Below, piece by piece: positions 1-7,948 of a stretch of DNA of 43,350 nucleotides. Position 1 is the stretch's first letter; the number at the start of each line of letters is the position of its first letter. The notes beneath the pieces are model-generated. The model had not been told where the DNA came from, ran no database searches, and saw nothing but the letters and a program-made list of their open reading frames with translations. This DNA comes from a virus. Its lineage: Duplodnaviria; Caudoviricetes. The stretch spans positions 1-43,350 of the IMG/VR virus record IMGVR_UViG_3300044210_000067, one strand, 5' to 3'. The position numbers and the translations under genes were made by a program.

Positions 1-4
1 ATCT

Positions 5-889
5 TTGTCAGTGAATGTGACTGACAAAGGTTTGCAGATTAAAGCTGAGGAGGAGGGACAACGTCGGCAAGCTTTGGTGAAAAGGCGTCCTGATAATTCG
101 CGTCGACCGAAGGTGCTACGGCGAGAGCTTCCATCGGGTGGAACACAAATTCAGACAACACTGTTTGAAGAACTGCTGCGTCATGTATCCTGTTCAGCTT
201 TGATCAAGGAGACAAAGACCGAGCAGGACATGCGTGTGAATCAGGTCCACTTTTACCCGGAGCGGGGTTGTATCATAGCAAATGCACGTACATATGCGTC
301 AGCTGCTTTTTTACCTGGTCTTGAACTTGATTTGTCTATTGTTTCGGCAGACCTACCGTTGATACGATCCTTCTGTGCAAAGTGCACGGCAAATAATGTG
401 CTTGTAGGACAGAGTTTAGTTCATTTATTTTTGGCGGATGCAGCTACTGGCTCATATGTACTATTAAGTCGCGTGGCTTCTGCTAAGCCACCATTATCAC
501 TTGTATCTGAAGATGACTATGCCGTTGAGATACAAGTTAATAGGGACAAATTAGTCGGAGCCTTATCTTGGGCAAGGACGGCTATTGAGGGAACATCTAG
601 GCTGAGTTTTTTGGCGATTCGGGCTTCTGAGGATGGTCTTGGTGTGCTCAACCTGATGGCAGGGAATCAGGATCTTGCTGTAATTCCAGCGACCTTTAAG
701 AAAGGTCGCGAGTTGCGGTCAGATTTCCATGTGGCTATCATAGCAACAGTTGCGCCGAGTGTGACAGGCACGGATGTCATAATGCGCTATGCACATCCAG
801 CCATACCGACTTTACTCGAACTTACTGCAATGGAAGCGGGTCAAGTCACCGCGCGACATTTTGTGCAGTCAATGAGGACAAGGTCATGA
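5..889 (+). CDS. Putative DNA polymerase III beta (sliding clamp)-like protein, probably 5'-truncated by the window
   Basis: The frame is open to the window edge. Repeating beta/alpha pattern resembling clamp domains (e.g. EIQVNRDKLVGALSWARTA; IQTTLFEELLRHVSCS). Sits near dnaX and primase. Similarity is weak and judged by eye only. Confidence 0.45.
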   Translation: MSVNVTDKGLQIKAEEEGQRRQALVKRRPDNSRRPKVLRRELPSGGTQIQTTLFEELLRHVSCSALIKETKTEQDMRVNQVHFYPERGCIIANARTYASAAFLPGLELDLSIVSADLPLIRSFCAKCTANNVLVGQSLVHLFLADAATGSYVLLSRVASAKPPLSLVSEDDYAVEIQVNRDKLVGALSWARTAIEGTSRLSFLAIRASEDGLGVLNLMAGNQDLAVIPATFKKGRELRSDFHVAIIATVAPSVTGTDVIMRYAHPAIPTLLELTAMEAGQVTARHFVQSMRTRS

Positions 890-1539
890 AGTCTGCGGAA
901 CTTGAAGCTAAATACGCTCAATTTCGTAATGGACACATACGAGTATCCACATATAAAGATGTATTATCTGCAGAGGCTCAAAGGCTTCAAGAGGAACTTG
1001 AGCAGGCGAGGTACCAGACGGAATTGCATCAAAAATGTCTTGAGATTTTCAAGGCATGGTTGGAAGAGTCATTGAAGAAGAATGTAGACTCAATGGCGGA
1101 ATTAGCTACGCTCGCGCTTCGGCAAGTCATTCCTGGTCAGGAACTTACCTTTGAGGTGAGGCAGGACATGAAACATAACCGTGTATCTATACGGTTTGTC
1201 TTGTTGGAGAATGGGCCTTACGGTATAGTAGAAGGTGATCCCATACATTCTTATGGTGGCGGGGCTGCGGTTGTAATTTCTCTTGTGTTACGTTTGGCTG
1301 TAATGGCCCGAATGCACATGGGAAATTTGCTTATGCTTGATGAATCGATGTTCGCACTGTCGAATGTTTACGTCCCAAATGCCATCTCGTTTTTTCGTCA
1401 ACTCTCCGAGAGAACAGGTGTGAACATTCTTATGGTGACTCATAATCCTGAATATGCTATGAATGCTCATACTGCATATGAGGGTTCCAAAAATGACGGG
1501 CAGTTCAAGCTTCGAAAGCTTAAGACGGATGGACTATGA
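886..1539 (+). CDS. SbcC/Rad50-like ABC ATPase, C-terminal half only
   Basis: N-terminal coiled coil, signature-like SYGGG, Walker B/D-loop LLMLDESMFALS, H-loop ILMVTHN. No Walker A. ATGA overlap with the upstream ORF. Confidence 0.75.
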   Translation: MKSAELEAKYAQFRNGHIRVSTYKDVLSAEAQRLQEELEQARYQTELHQKCLEIFKAWLEESLKKNVDSMAELATLALRQVIPGQELTFEVRQDMKHNRVSIRFVLLENGPYGIVEGDPIHSYGGGAAVVISLVLRLAVMARMHMGNLLMLDESMFALSNVYVPNAISFFRQLSERTGVNILMVTHNPEYAMNAHTAYEGSKNDGQFKLRKLKTDGL

Positions 1540-2117
1540 AGTCAACAGCGGATATTGAGCATCGACTCGAGAAATTACGTGTCAGGTATCTGCGCCAATG
1601 GATAGACAAGGTGCGTGGTAGGCGATTTACTAATTGTATTTACAATCATGAATTTTATCAGTCTCCCATACCGAATCCACGCCAGGAGCGTCAGGAACTT
1701 CTAGTGCCACGCAGACAAGTCACCATGGTGATGTTTAGTAAGGACGACGAATTAAATAAGACAATTCGTCTATGTACATACGGCACAAAATCGAATGAAT
1801 GGAATGGAGATATATGTGATAATGATAAGTGTTCGGCAACATGCCGTCATTTTTCACCAAGAGTAACTGAAGAGGAAGCTATAAACAGTTTTAATCAGTT
1901 ACTCGCTGACGACAAATTCGTTTTGAAGCACATGCCAGATGTGGCGGCTTTACAATGGGTATTGGATACACGTGTTTATTCATGGCCATGTCCATGGTGG
2001 TTACGATTTGGTTTCTGGTTGTCACGGTTGATGTGGCGTCAGCCAAAGCCAGTAATCATATTGCCACCAGTAGATTTGCCGAAAGATTTATGGGATGATC
2101 CTACTACAGATTCTTGA
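1536..2117 (+). CDS. Hypothetical protein (Cys-containing, Trp-rich hydrophobic C-terminal segment)
   Basis: 193-aa ORF overlapping both neighbours. No recognised motif. Confidence 0.7.
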   Translation: MKSTADIEHRLEKLRVRYLRQWIDKVRGRRFTNCIYNHEFYQSPIPNPRQERQELLVPRRQVTMVMFSKDDELNKTIRLCTYGTKSNEWNGDICDNDKCSATCRHFSPRVTEEEAINSFNQLLADDKFVLKHMPDVAALQWVLDTRVYSWPCPWWLRFGFWLSRLMWRQPKPVIILPPVDLPKDLWDDPTTDS

Positions 2118-2751
2118 GCATGATTTGCATCGTCAACGGATTGCTCGTCCCGAGGCAAAGGTATTTTGGATTGAGACACCTGCTAAGTCTCAATTTTTAC
2201 CTGCTGTAGTAAGTTCTGTTCGGCCAGACAAATTTTTGGTTACAAAGAAGCTTGTAAATGGGACTCATTTACGATCTGGTGTATTTAAATACGATTCTGA
2301 TCGTCTTGATGAAACAATCGGACCTCTTTTCGAGGCTGCCTACGAGTTATCTGTAAATCAGAAATGGAATAATATTTTATCATCTCCTCAAGAAGCGTTC
2401 GTATATGTACAGAAGGCTAGTGGTACTACATCACAGCCACATGCACTTCTAGTGCCGAATTCATGGACTCAATCCGAGCTTTCTAGATGGGCCGGAAAAA
2501 CGCAGTTGTCCCAGGCTGCAATACTGGCTGAGGGTGGGAAAGTACAATTACCTAAAGCCGGAAAGGAGACGACAGCTACCTTATATAAAGGTATCTGCAA
2601 GGTACATCGGTGTAATGTTGTGGTACCTACTTTTTTATCGCGTCCGGACTTCGTAGGAATGTATACTCAGATTGTTGGCGGGCAGACTAGCCTCGTGCTT
2701 CATAATGTAAGGCACGGTATTGCTTTTTGCCCGCGTCGAGGCAAAAACTGA
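2095..2751 (+). CDS. Hypothetical protein
   Basis: 218-aa ORF packed between neighbours, ending immediately before the primase ATG. Confidence 0.7.
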   Translation: MILLQILEHDLHRQRIARPEAKVFWIETPAKSQFLPAVVSSVRPDKFLVTKKLVNGTHLRSGVFKYDSDRLDETIGPLFEAAYELSVNQKWNNILSSPQEAFVYVQKASGTTSQPHALLVPNSWTQSELSRWAGKTQLSQAAILAEGGKVQLPKAGKETTATLYKGICKVHRCNVVVPTFLSRPDFVGMYTQIVGGQTSLVLHNVRHGIAFCPRRGKN

Positions 2752-3540
2752 ATGCATTTTTTAGATCGTTTCGTTGAATGGGCCCATGAGTCTCTTGCTG
2801 ACAGCGAAGAGGCCCAGCAATATCTTGCTTCGCGCGGGTCATCTAAAGCACAATGGGATCGGCATAAGATCGGGTTTGTACCAGAAGCGTTCGATATAGA
2901 GTCTTCCTCTAGCGAAGGTCATTCGGATGTGTGTCAAGATCGAGAGAAAAAACATCTTTGGTGTGATGCATGTCGATACCGTCGTTGGTCTTCTACCTGG
3001 GAAGGTCCTGATGGAGCTAAGGAGCAGCACATTGGACGCCGGATTGTAGGTTGCATTGTATTACCACTTACAAGTTATTCTGGAGTAACTGTTGGATTCC
3101 AAGTTAGGTCCATCTTGGATCGGTCTTATGATACTTATGTAATCAAACGTCGTCCCGAGGGATACTTTTTTGGTGTTGCAGCTAATGTGGCTGAAATTTG
3201 GCGTCGACGCGAGGCAATACTGGTAGAAGGAGCTTTTGATCAACAATTGATAGAACGACTGGTTTCACCAGTCGTTGTAGCTCTTACAACCAGTGCTGTA
3301 GGTGCGGTCCAACTGAGATTTCTACGTCGGTTTGTGCGACGTGTTTATCTGTGTTTCGACACAGATAAAGCAGGCCGGGAAGCTAAGAATTCATGGATGG
3401 AGCTTAGATCTCGGGAATTTGACTTGATTGCTGTACGTTATCCTATCCTTCGAGAAGGAGAGAAGGACGTTGGAGATTACTGGAAGCGTGCCGGTGACGG
3501 TGCCTTTCGCAGGCATTTTTGTATAGAGATTCCATCCTAG
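2752..3540 (+). CDS. dnaG: DnaG-type DNA primase catalytic core (TOPRIM), lacking the N-terminal CHC2 zinc finger
   Basis: AQQYLASRG, ILVEGAFD (TOPRIM Glu), LCFDTDKAGREA (DxD), KDVGDY. Confidence 0.85.
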   Translation: MHFLDRFVEWAHESLADSEEAQQYLASRGSSKAQWDRHKIGFVPEAFDIESSSSEGHSDVCQDREKKHLWCDACRYRRWSSTWEGPDGAKEQHIGRRIVGCIVLPLTSYSGVTVGFQVRSILDRSYDTYVIKRRPEGYFFGVAANVAEIWRRREAILVEGAFDQQLIERLVSPVVVALTTSAVGAVQLRFLRRFVRRVYLCFDTDKAGREAKNSWMELRSREFDLIAVRYPILREGEKDVGDYWKRAGDGAFRRHFCIEIPS

Positions 3541-3549
3541 GAGACATCA

Positions 3550-4035
3550 ATGACACAAGCGGTTACGTCTAAACAGCAGCGACCAGCACCCGAACCACTA
3601 CTTATGGGAGGTTTTGATGCAATCAAAGATTTGGCAGAGAAATTGATCCCAAAGCATCATCCACATTTGGCTAATGCGATCTTTGAATATGTATCACGTA
3701 GTAAGGCTAGTAAACAGGCAGGAAAGCCTGTTGCCGGCACTGTGAAGAAGGCTTCGCCGCTTGAGCGGCGTTTGGCGTCAAAAGATAGTGGTGAAGAGCC
3801 GAATTTTATTATGATTGTGGCTCTTGATGTATGGAATAACCTGCAGTCCAGCCAACGTACGGCTCTTATAGACCACTTGTTAACGCGATGCACGGCGGAC
3901 GAAGACGATAGTGGTGGTGAAATAAAATATGGTGTTCGGCCTCCAGAGGTTCAGGAATTTCCTGAAGTTGCTGGACGGCATGGTAGATGGAACGAGTCTC
4001 TGTCGCATCTGGCGACGGAGCTTGGCACCCGATAA
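3550..4035 (+). CDS. Phage metallopeptidase-like protein with a degenerate active site
   Basis: Pattern W..L...QR.ALIDHLLTRC...EVQEFPEVAGRHG resembles the putative phage metallopeptidase family (DHELxH...HDVEEF..IV.RHG). SD AGGAG upstream. Confidence 0.6.
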   Translation: MTQAVTSKQQRPAPEPLLMGGFDAIKDLAEKLIPKHHPHLANAIFEYVSRSKASKQAGKPVAGTVKKASPLERRLASKDSGEEPNFIMIVALDVWNNLQSSQRTALIDHLLTRCTADEDDSGGEIKYGVRPPEVQEFPEVAGRHGRWNESLSHLATELGTR

Positions 4036-5465
4036 TGCCCTGGGATTTGAAATACCGTCCGCGTCGTTTTTGTGAGATAGTTGGGAACACTGGGATTGTG
4101 CGCGTTCTCATGAAACGATCCTGTGATGGGACACTCGCGGATCGATCTATGATGTTTGGTGGTCCTAAGGGATGCGGTAAAACTTCGCTGTCTAGGATTG
4201 TGGCTAAAGCTATAGCCTGTATCAAGTTGAACGATGGGGAGCCGTGTTGCGAATGCGTTTCCTGTCGTGCAGTTGATGGAGGAACATCTGATAGTTTTGA
4301 AGAACTTGATGCGGCTACTCAAGGTACGATTGAGCGAATACGCGGAATCGTGCAAGATTTAGAATATGGCACCATGGACGGGCGTCCTCGTGTGCTGGTG
4401 ATTGATGAAGCTCAACGGCTTACCAAACATTCGCAGGATGCGCTGCTTCGATCAATGGAGGATCGAAGAATAACAGTGGTGCTATGTACTACTGAACCAC
4501 ATATGATCAAGGGCCCTGTCCGAGATCGTGTAACTGAATATCCTGTAGCGCCAGCGTCATCAGAGTTGATAGCACAGCGTCTTTTACAAATTTGTGAAGC
4601 TGAGCAAATATCTGTTGAACCCACTGCTGTTGATTTGATTGTGAAATTTAATCGGCGCAATCCACGTACTAGTATCACATGTCTAGAGGATGTAGCTGCG
4701 TTTGGAGCTATAACTGAGGTAGCTGTTCGTGAGGCATGTCGGTATACGAGTTTTGAGGATGTGGTGCGTGTTTTGTGTCTTATTGATCAAGATCCAGTCG
4801 GGGCTTTAACTGTGCTGGATCGTTTGTTCTCCCAAGAGAGTCCGACTTGGGTGAGAGATAATTTGGTAGCAGCCATATCCAGTGCTATGCGGGAGGCAGT
4901 AGGTGCGAAGCCAACATACCTAATACCAGCTCAGTTTTTCAGTACACGTGGGAAGAGCTGGATTTCGTGTGCTATGACGCTTAGCCGATTGGATAGACCT
5001 GATGATGCAGCTATTCAGGCCGTTCTTCTTGGTGACGTGAAATTACCTATTAATGTTCAGCCCTCTGCACTAGTTCCAATCCCTGCATCAGTTCCGATTG
5101 CATATACTCCTGCATGTGCACCTGCACCTACCCATGAACCAGTTTCGACCCATACATCAGTTTCGATCGCACTGACCCCTGCACCAGTTTCACCCCCTGC
5201 ACCAGTTCCACCCCCTGCACCAGTTCCACCCCCTGCACCAGTTCCACCCCCTGCACCAGTTCCACCGTGTGCGGTTGAACATGATGGAGTAAAATTTACT
5301 CCAGATGAAACTCTCACTTCTCTTGATCAACAGGTTGTCCGGACTTCAAAACCGGTACAGAATACTCCTATAATTAATGTGTCGGTACCGTTTGATCAAC
5401 GGTTGGTTCCGATATCAAACAAGGAGTTTGCCCGTGCCTTTGAAGAAGGGAAAGAACGATACTAA
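4035..5465 (+). CDS. dnaX: DNA polymerase III gamma/tau clamp-loader subunit
   Basis: Start moved to ATG 4035 (TAATG overlap). LKYRP..F.EIVG, Walker A GPKGCGKTS, Zn module C..PCCECVSC, ELDAA, Walker B VLVIDEAQRL, Pro/Ala-rich linker. Confidence 0.92.
   Translation: MPWDLKYRPRRFCEIVGNTGIVRVLMKRSCDGTLADRSMMFGGPKGCGKTSLSRIVAKAIACIKLNDGEPCCECVSCRAVDGGTSDSFEELDAATQGTIERIRGIVQDLEYGTMDGRPRVLVIDEAQRLTKHSQDALLRSMEDRRITVVLCTTEPHMIKGPVRDRVTEYPVAPASSELIAQRLLQICEAEQISVEPTAVDLIVKFNRRNPRTSITCLEDVAAFGAITEVAVREACRYTSFEDVVRVLCLIDQDPVGALTVLDRLFSQESPTWVRDNLVAAISSAMREAVGAKPTYLIPAQFFSTRGKSWISCAMTLSRLDRPDDAAIQAVLLGDVKLPINVQPSALVPIPASVPIAYTPACAPAPTHEPVSTHTSVSIALTPAPVSPPAPVPPPAPVPPPAPVPPPAPVPPCAVEHDGVKFTPDETLTSLDQQVVRTSKPVQNTPIINVSVPFDQRLVPISNKEFARAFEEGKERY
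5175..5264 (+). repeat. 18-bp tandem repeat (CCCCCTGCACCAGTTCCA) encoding PPAPVP in the DnaX linker
   Basis: Four perfect copies at 5193-5264 plus one degenerate copy at 5175-5192. Confidence 0.95.
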
Positions 5466-5976
5466 GTGGGTATGTGTGCAACTTTCTCCGATGGGGGAAC
5501 GAGAGAATAAACCGGAAGCAATAAGCAGAGCGGTGCAACATATTCTGGGACAGCTTGATGTATTCATCCCTGCAGTGTCGGAGAAAAGGCAGGCTGAAGA
5601 ACATACGGTTTATTTCATGGAGGGGTATGTCTTTGTGGAGTATCGGCCGAATATCCAATATTTAAAACTCCTTGAAATTCCTTTTTTTAAATCAGTCATG
5701 TGTCACCGAGGTGAGCGTTCTGGCGGGGAACCGTCATATAGCTTGCTTGATGACAAAGTTTTGGATCCCATACGCACCGGGATGCAAGAGATGAAGTGCA
5801 GAGCTTTAAAAGTGCATGATCATGTACGAGTGAATAGAGGTACATATAAAAACATGCACGGTGTAGTGGATATGATTGGTCCTGATGGTGTCCTTGTTAA
5901 TGCAAAGCTAACATCAAAACCATTGAAGATTGAGTTTCCAGCATCTTGGTTGGATCTTGAAGCAAAGGCAACATGA
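5434..5976 (+). CDS. NusG/RfaH-family transcription elongation (antitermination) factor
   Basis: NGN-like KWVCVQL...VFIP...FMEGYVFVE and KOW-like LKVHDHVRVNRGTYKNMHGVV. Start placed at GTG 5434 behind SD AAGGAG (5421-5426). Confidence 0.8.
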   Translation: MPLKKGKNDTKWVCVQLSPMGERENKPEAISRAVQHILGQLDVFIPAVSEKRQAEEHTVYFMEGYVFVEYRPNIQYLKLLEIPFFKSVMCHRGERSGGEPSYSLLDDKVLDPIRTGMQEMKCRALKVHDHVRVNRGTYKNMHGVVDMIGPDGVLVNAKLTSKPLKIEFPASWLDLEAKAT

Positions 5977-6974
5977 GAAGAATCGGGGGCCCAGAAACAG
6001 TTCGTCATGTGCTTGTGGATGGTAATAACCTGCTTCGTCGGGCTTACTATGTGTTTGTAGAAGACCGAAAGAAGCAGGGTGAGCAGCCTATCATGTCCAA
6101 GTCCGGGGCGCCACTTGGTTTATTCTATGGTGTACTCAATCTTTTGAATGGGTGGCTTTATGATCTCACTGATCCAACCCGTATATCGGTTTTCTTTGAC
6201 GGTATACCGAAACACCGTTTGGCAATAGATCCCAAATATAAGGAGCGAGATGATCGGAGTCCGCTTGATTTCGGAAGCTCTGTAAAGGTACGGGGCGTTG
6301 ATTATCCAAATCAGTATGAGCTATTGACTACTGTGTTACGCGGGCTTGGATGTGACTTATATTGGCATGCTGATGAGGAAGCTGATGATCTTATAGCTAG
6401 TTTCGTGAAGGCTCATCTAGGAGAGGTCAACATCATTCTATCATCGGATAAAGATTTTTTTCAATTGGTGGGAGACCGTGTGGTGATTTATCGTCCCGGA
6501 ATTCCTCCACCTCGTTTATTCGATGCAGAGCGTGTTGGTGATTATTATGAGAAGAAATGGAAATTTCGGCTGCGTCCAGATCAGATTCGTATGTTCAAGA
6601 CGTTGACTGGGGATCCGTCGGATAATATTTGTGGAGTGCCACGTATTCGAAAAAAGGTTGCATCGACTTTATGCGACGCGCCGAATATAGAAGCAGTTTT
6701 GTTGATGGAAATGCAGGCATTATCTACTACTGAACGATCTAACCTGTTGGCAATGCGTGAACGTTTGGAGCTCAACTGGCAACTTGTTGGGTTGAGAGAT
6801 AATATAGATCTTGAGCCTTGTTTATCGCCTGCTGATCCTGATTTTTCTGGGATACGTGAATTGTGCAATGAACTCAATATGAATCTTGACTTGCTTGCAT
6901 TTCGTGTTGGACCGTATTCGCTCTCACGAACGGCGCTACCGCTTCCTGACATACTGTCAGAACTTTGCCGGTAG
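5973..6974 (+). CDS. 5'-3' exonuclease / flap endonuclease (PolA N-terminal domain family)
   Basis: VLVDGNNLLRRAYY, VFFDG, EADDLIAS, SSDKDFFQLV, LTGDPSDNICGVP (helix-3-turn-helix). Confidence 0.92.
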   Translation: MRRIGGPETVRHVLVDGNNLLRRAYYVFVEDRKKQGEQPIMSKSGAPLGLFYGVLNLLNGWLYDLTDPTRISVFFDGIPKHRLAIDPKYKERDDRSPLDFGSSVKVRGVDYPNQYELLTTVLRGLGCDLYWHADEEADDLIASFVKAHLGEVNIILSSDKDFFQLVGDRVVIYRPGIPPPRLFDAERVGDYYEKKWKFRLRPDQIRMFKTLTGDPSDNICGVPRIRKKVASTLCDAPNIEAVLLMEMQALSTTERSNLLAMRERLELNWQLVGLRDNIDLEPCLSPADPDFSGIRELCNELNMNLDLLAFRVGPYSLSRTALPLPDILSELCR

Positions 6975-7078
6975 GGTATGAAAACCTGGCTCCAGCCAGT
7001 ATACATATACAACATATCGTTTGTCCTATACGCATACACAATATCGGACGTTGTGGTACGAACGCTGGACTGGAGCAA

Positions 7079-7861
7079 ATGTATAGTAATCACGTTGTTA
7101 TTCAAGACCCTGCCGCAATTTCAGCACGCTTTTCCACAATGGATAGGCTTGGGTATGATGGTACTGGTGATGTGGATGCTGATCTTGAGCAGATTATTGA
7201 TCATAGTCTTGCACTAGATGACGGTCCTGACCTAAAACTGAGTCGGCCGACCTTCAGTGTCATAGAGCCATACCTTATCCGCATTCCGCCGCGAGAGGCG
7301 GACTTAATTCGTCTGTATTACCGTGATCAGATGAAACAGGAACAAATCGCTCGCATGTTTGGCATAACCCAAGCAGCTGTGAGTTATCGTCTGGCTCGTG
7401 GACGTCGACGAATTCAATTTCTCTTCACCATCCCAGAACTAGATTTCGACTTGTTTGAGATGGAGCTTGGTCCGAAATTCACTGACCAGGATCGTGAAAT
7501 ACTCTGGCGTATGTATGAGACCACCTGTCAATCGAAGGTGGCAAAGCAAATGAATCTGACTCAGGGTAAAGTACGACACCGGTTCTTTAGTTCTCTTTCT
7601 CGTATCAAAGATATCATTCGAGAAGAATTGCGCGAGCGCAAGATTCACCTGGATATGGTGAAGAAGCGCTGGGCCGGAGTTGATTCGGCTGAGGTTGAAG
7701 AAGCTGAACACGATTTGCAAAATGCCATCAAAAATTCGTGTTACAGCAAATACTGGAAAGTGTTTTTTGCAATCAGTGATAAGCACTTCAATATATTACA
7801 TGAGGTATCGCTTCCACAGTTTACAGACCGTGGAGATGCGCAGATACTTGCAGTGTCATAA
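7079..7861 (+). CDS. Sigma-70 region-4-like protein with two tandem HTH domains (putative transcription regulator)
   Basis: IPPREADLIRLYYRDQMKQEQIARMFGITQAAVSYRLARG and FTDQDREILWRMYETTCQSKVAKQMNLTQGKVRHRF. Start uncertain; ATG 7079 preferred over TTG 6965. Confidence 0.72.
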   Translation: MYSNHVVIQDPAAISARFSTMDRLGYDGTGDVDADLEQIIDHSLALDDGPDLKLSRPTFSVIEPYLIRIPPREADLIRLYYRDQMKQEQIARMFGITQAAVSYRLARGRRRIQFLFTIPELDFDLFEMELGPKFTDQDREILWRMYETTCQSKVAKQMNLTQGKVRHRFFSSLSRIKDIIREELRERKIHLDMVKKRWAGVDSAEVEEAEHDLQNAIKNSCYSKYWKVFFAISDKHFNILHEVSLPQFTDRGDAQILAVS

Positions 7862-7900
7862 CTGTGTGACCGTGTCTTTGTGAGACACTAGGGGTATTTA

Positions 7901-7928
7901 GACAAGACTTTGGGTTGAAAGTCTTGTT
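7901..7928. promoter_or_regulatory. Inverted repeat (terminator or operator) overlapping the -35 of the downstream promoter
   Basis: ACAAGACTTT-gggttg-AAAGTCTTGT, a perfect 10-bp stem. Confidence 0.6.
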
Positions 7929-7943
7929 GCTACTGTGTATACT
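7915..7943 (+). promoter_or_regulatory. Sigma70-like promoter, probably giving a leaderless mRNA
   Basis: TTGAAA (7915-7920), 17-nt spacer, TATACT (7938-7943), with ATG 5 nt later and no SD. Confidence 0.65.
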
Positions 7944-7948
7944 GCAGT

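Noticed and set aside
5175-5264. Short tandem repeats here and at 33926, 40076 and 42880+ as possible CRISPR or DGR repeats
   Set aside because: No spacers, all are in-frame coding repeats, and there is no cas or reverse transcriptase gene.
5440-5465. GGGAAAG slippery heptamer at the dnaX/nusG overlap, suggesting a programmed frameshift fusion
   Set aside because: The phase is wrong for a -1 shift from dnaX into nusG (+1 would be needed), and nusG has its own SD and GTG at 5434.
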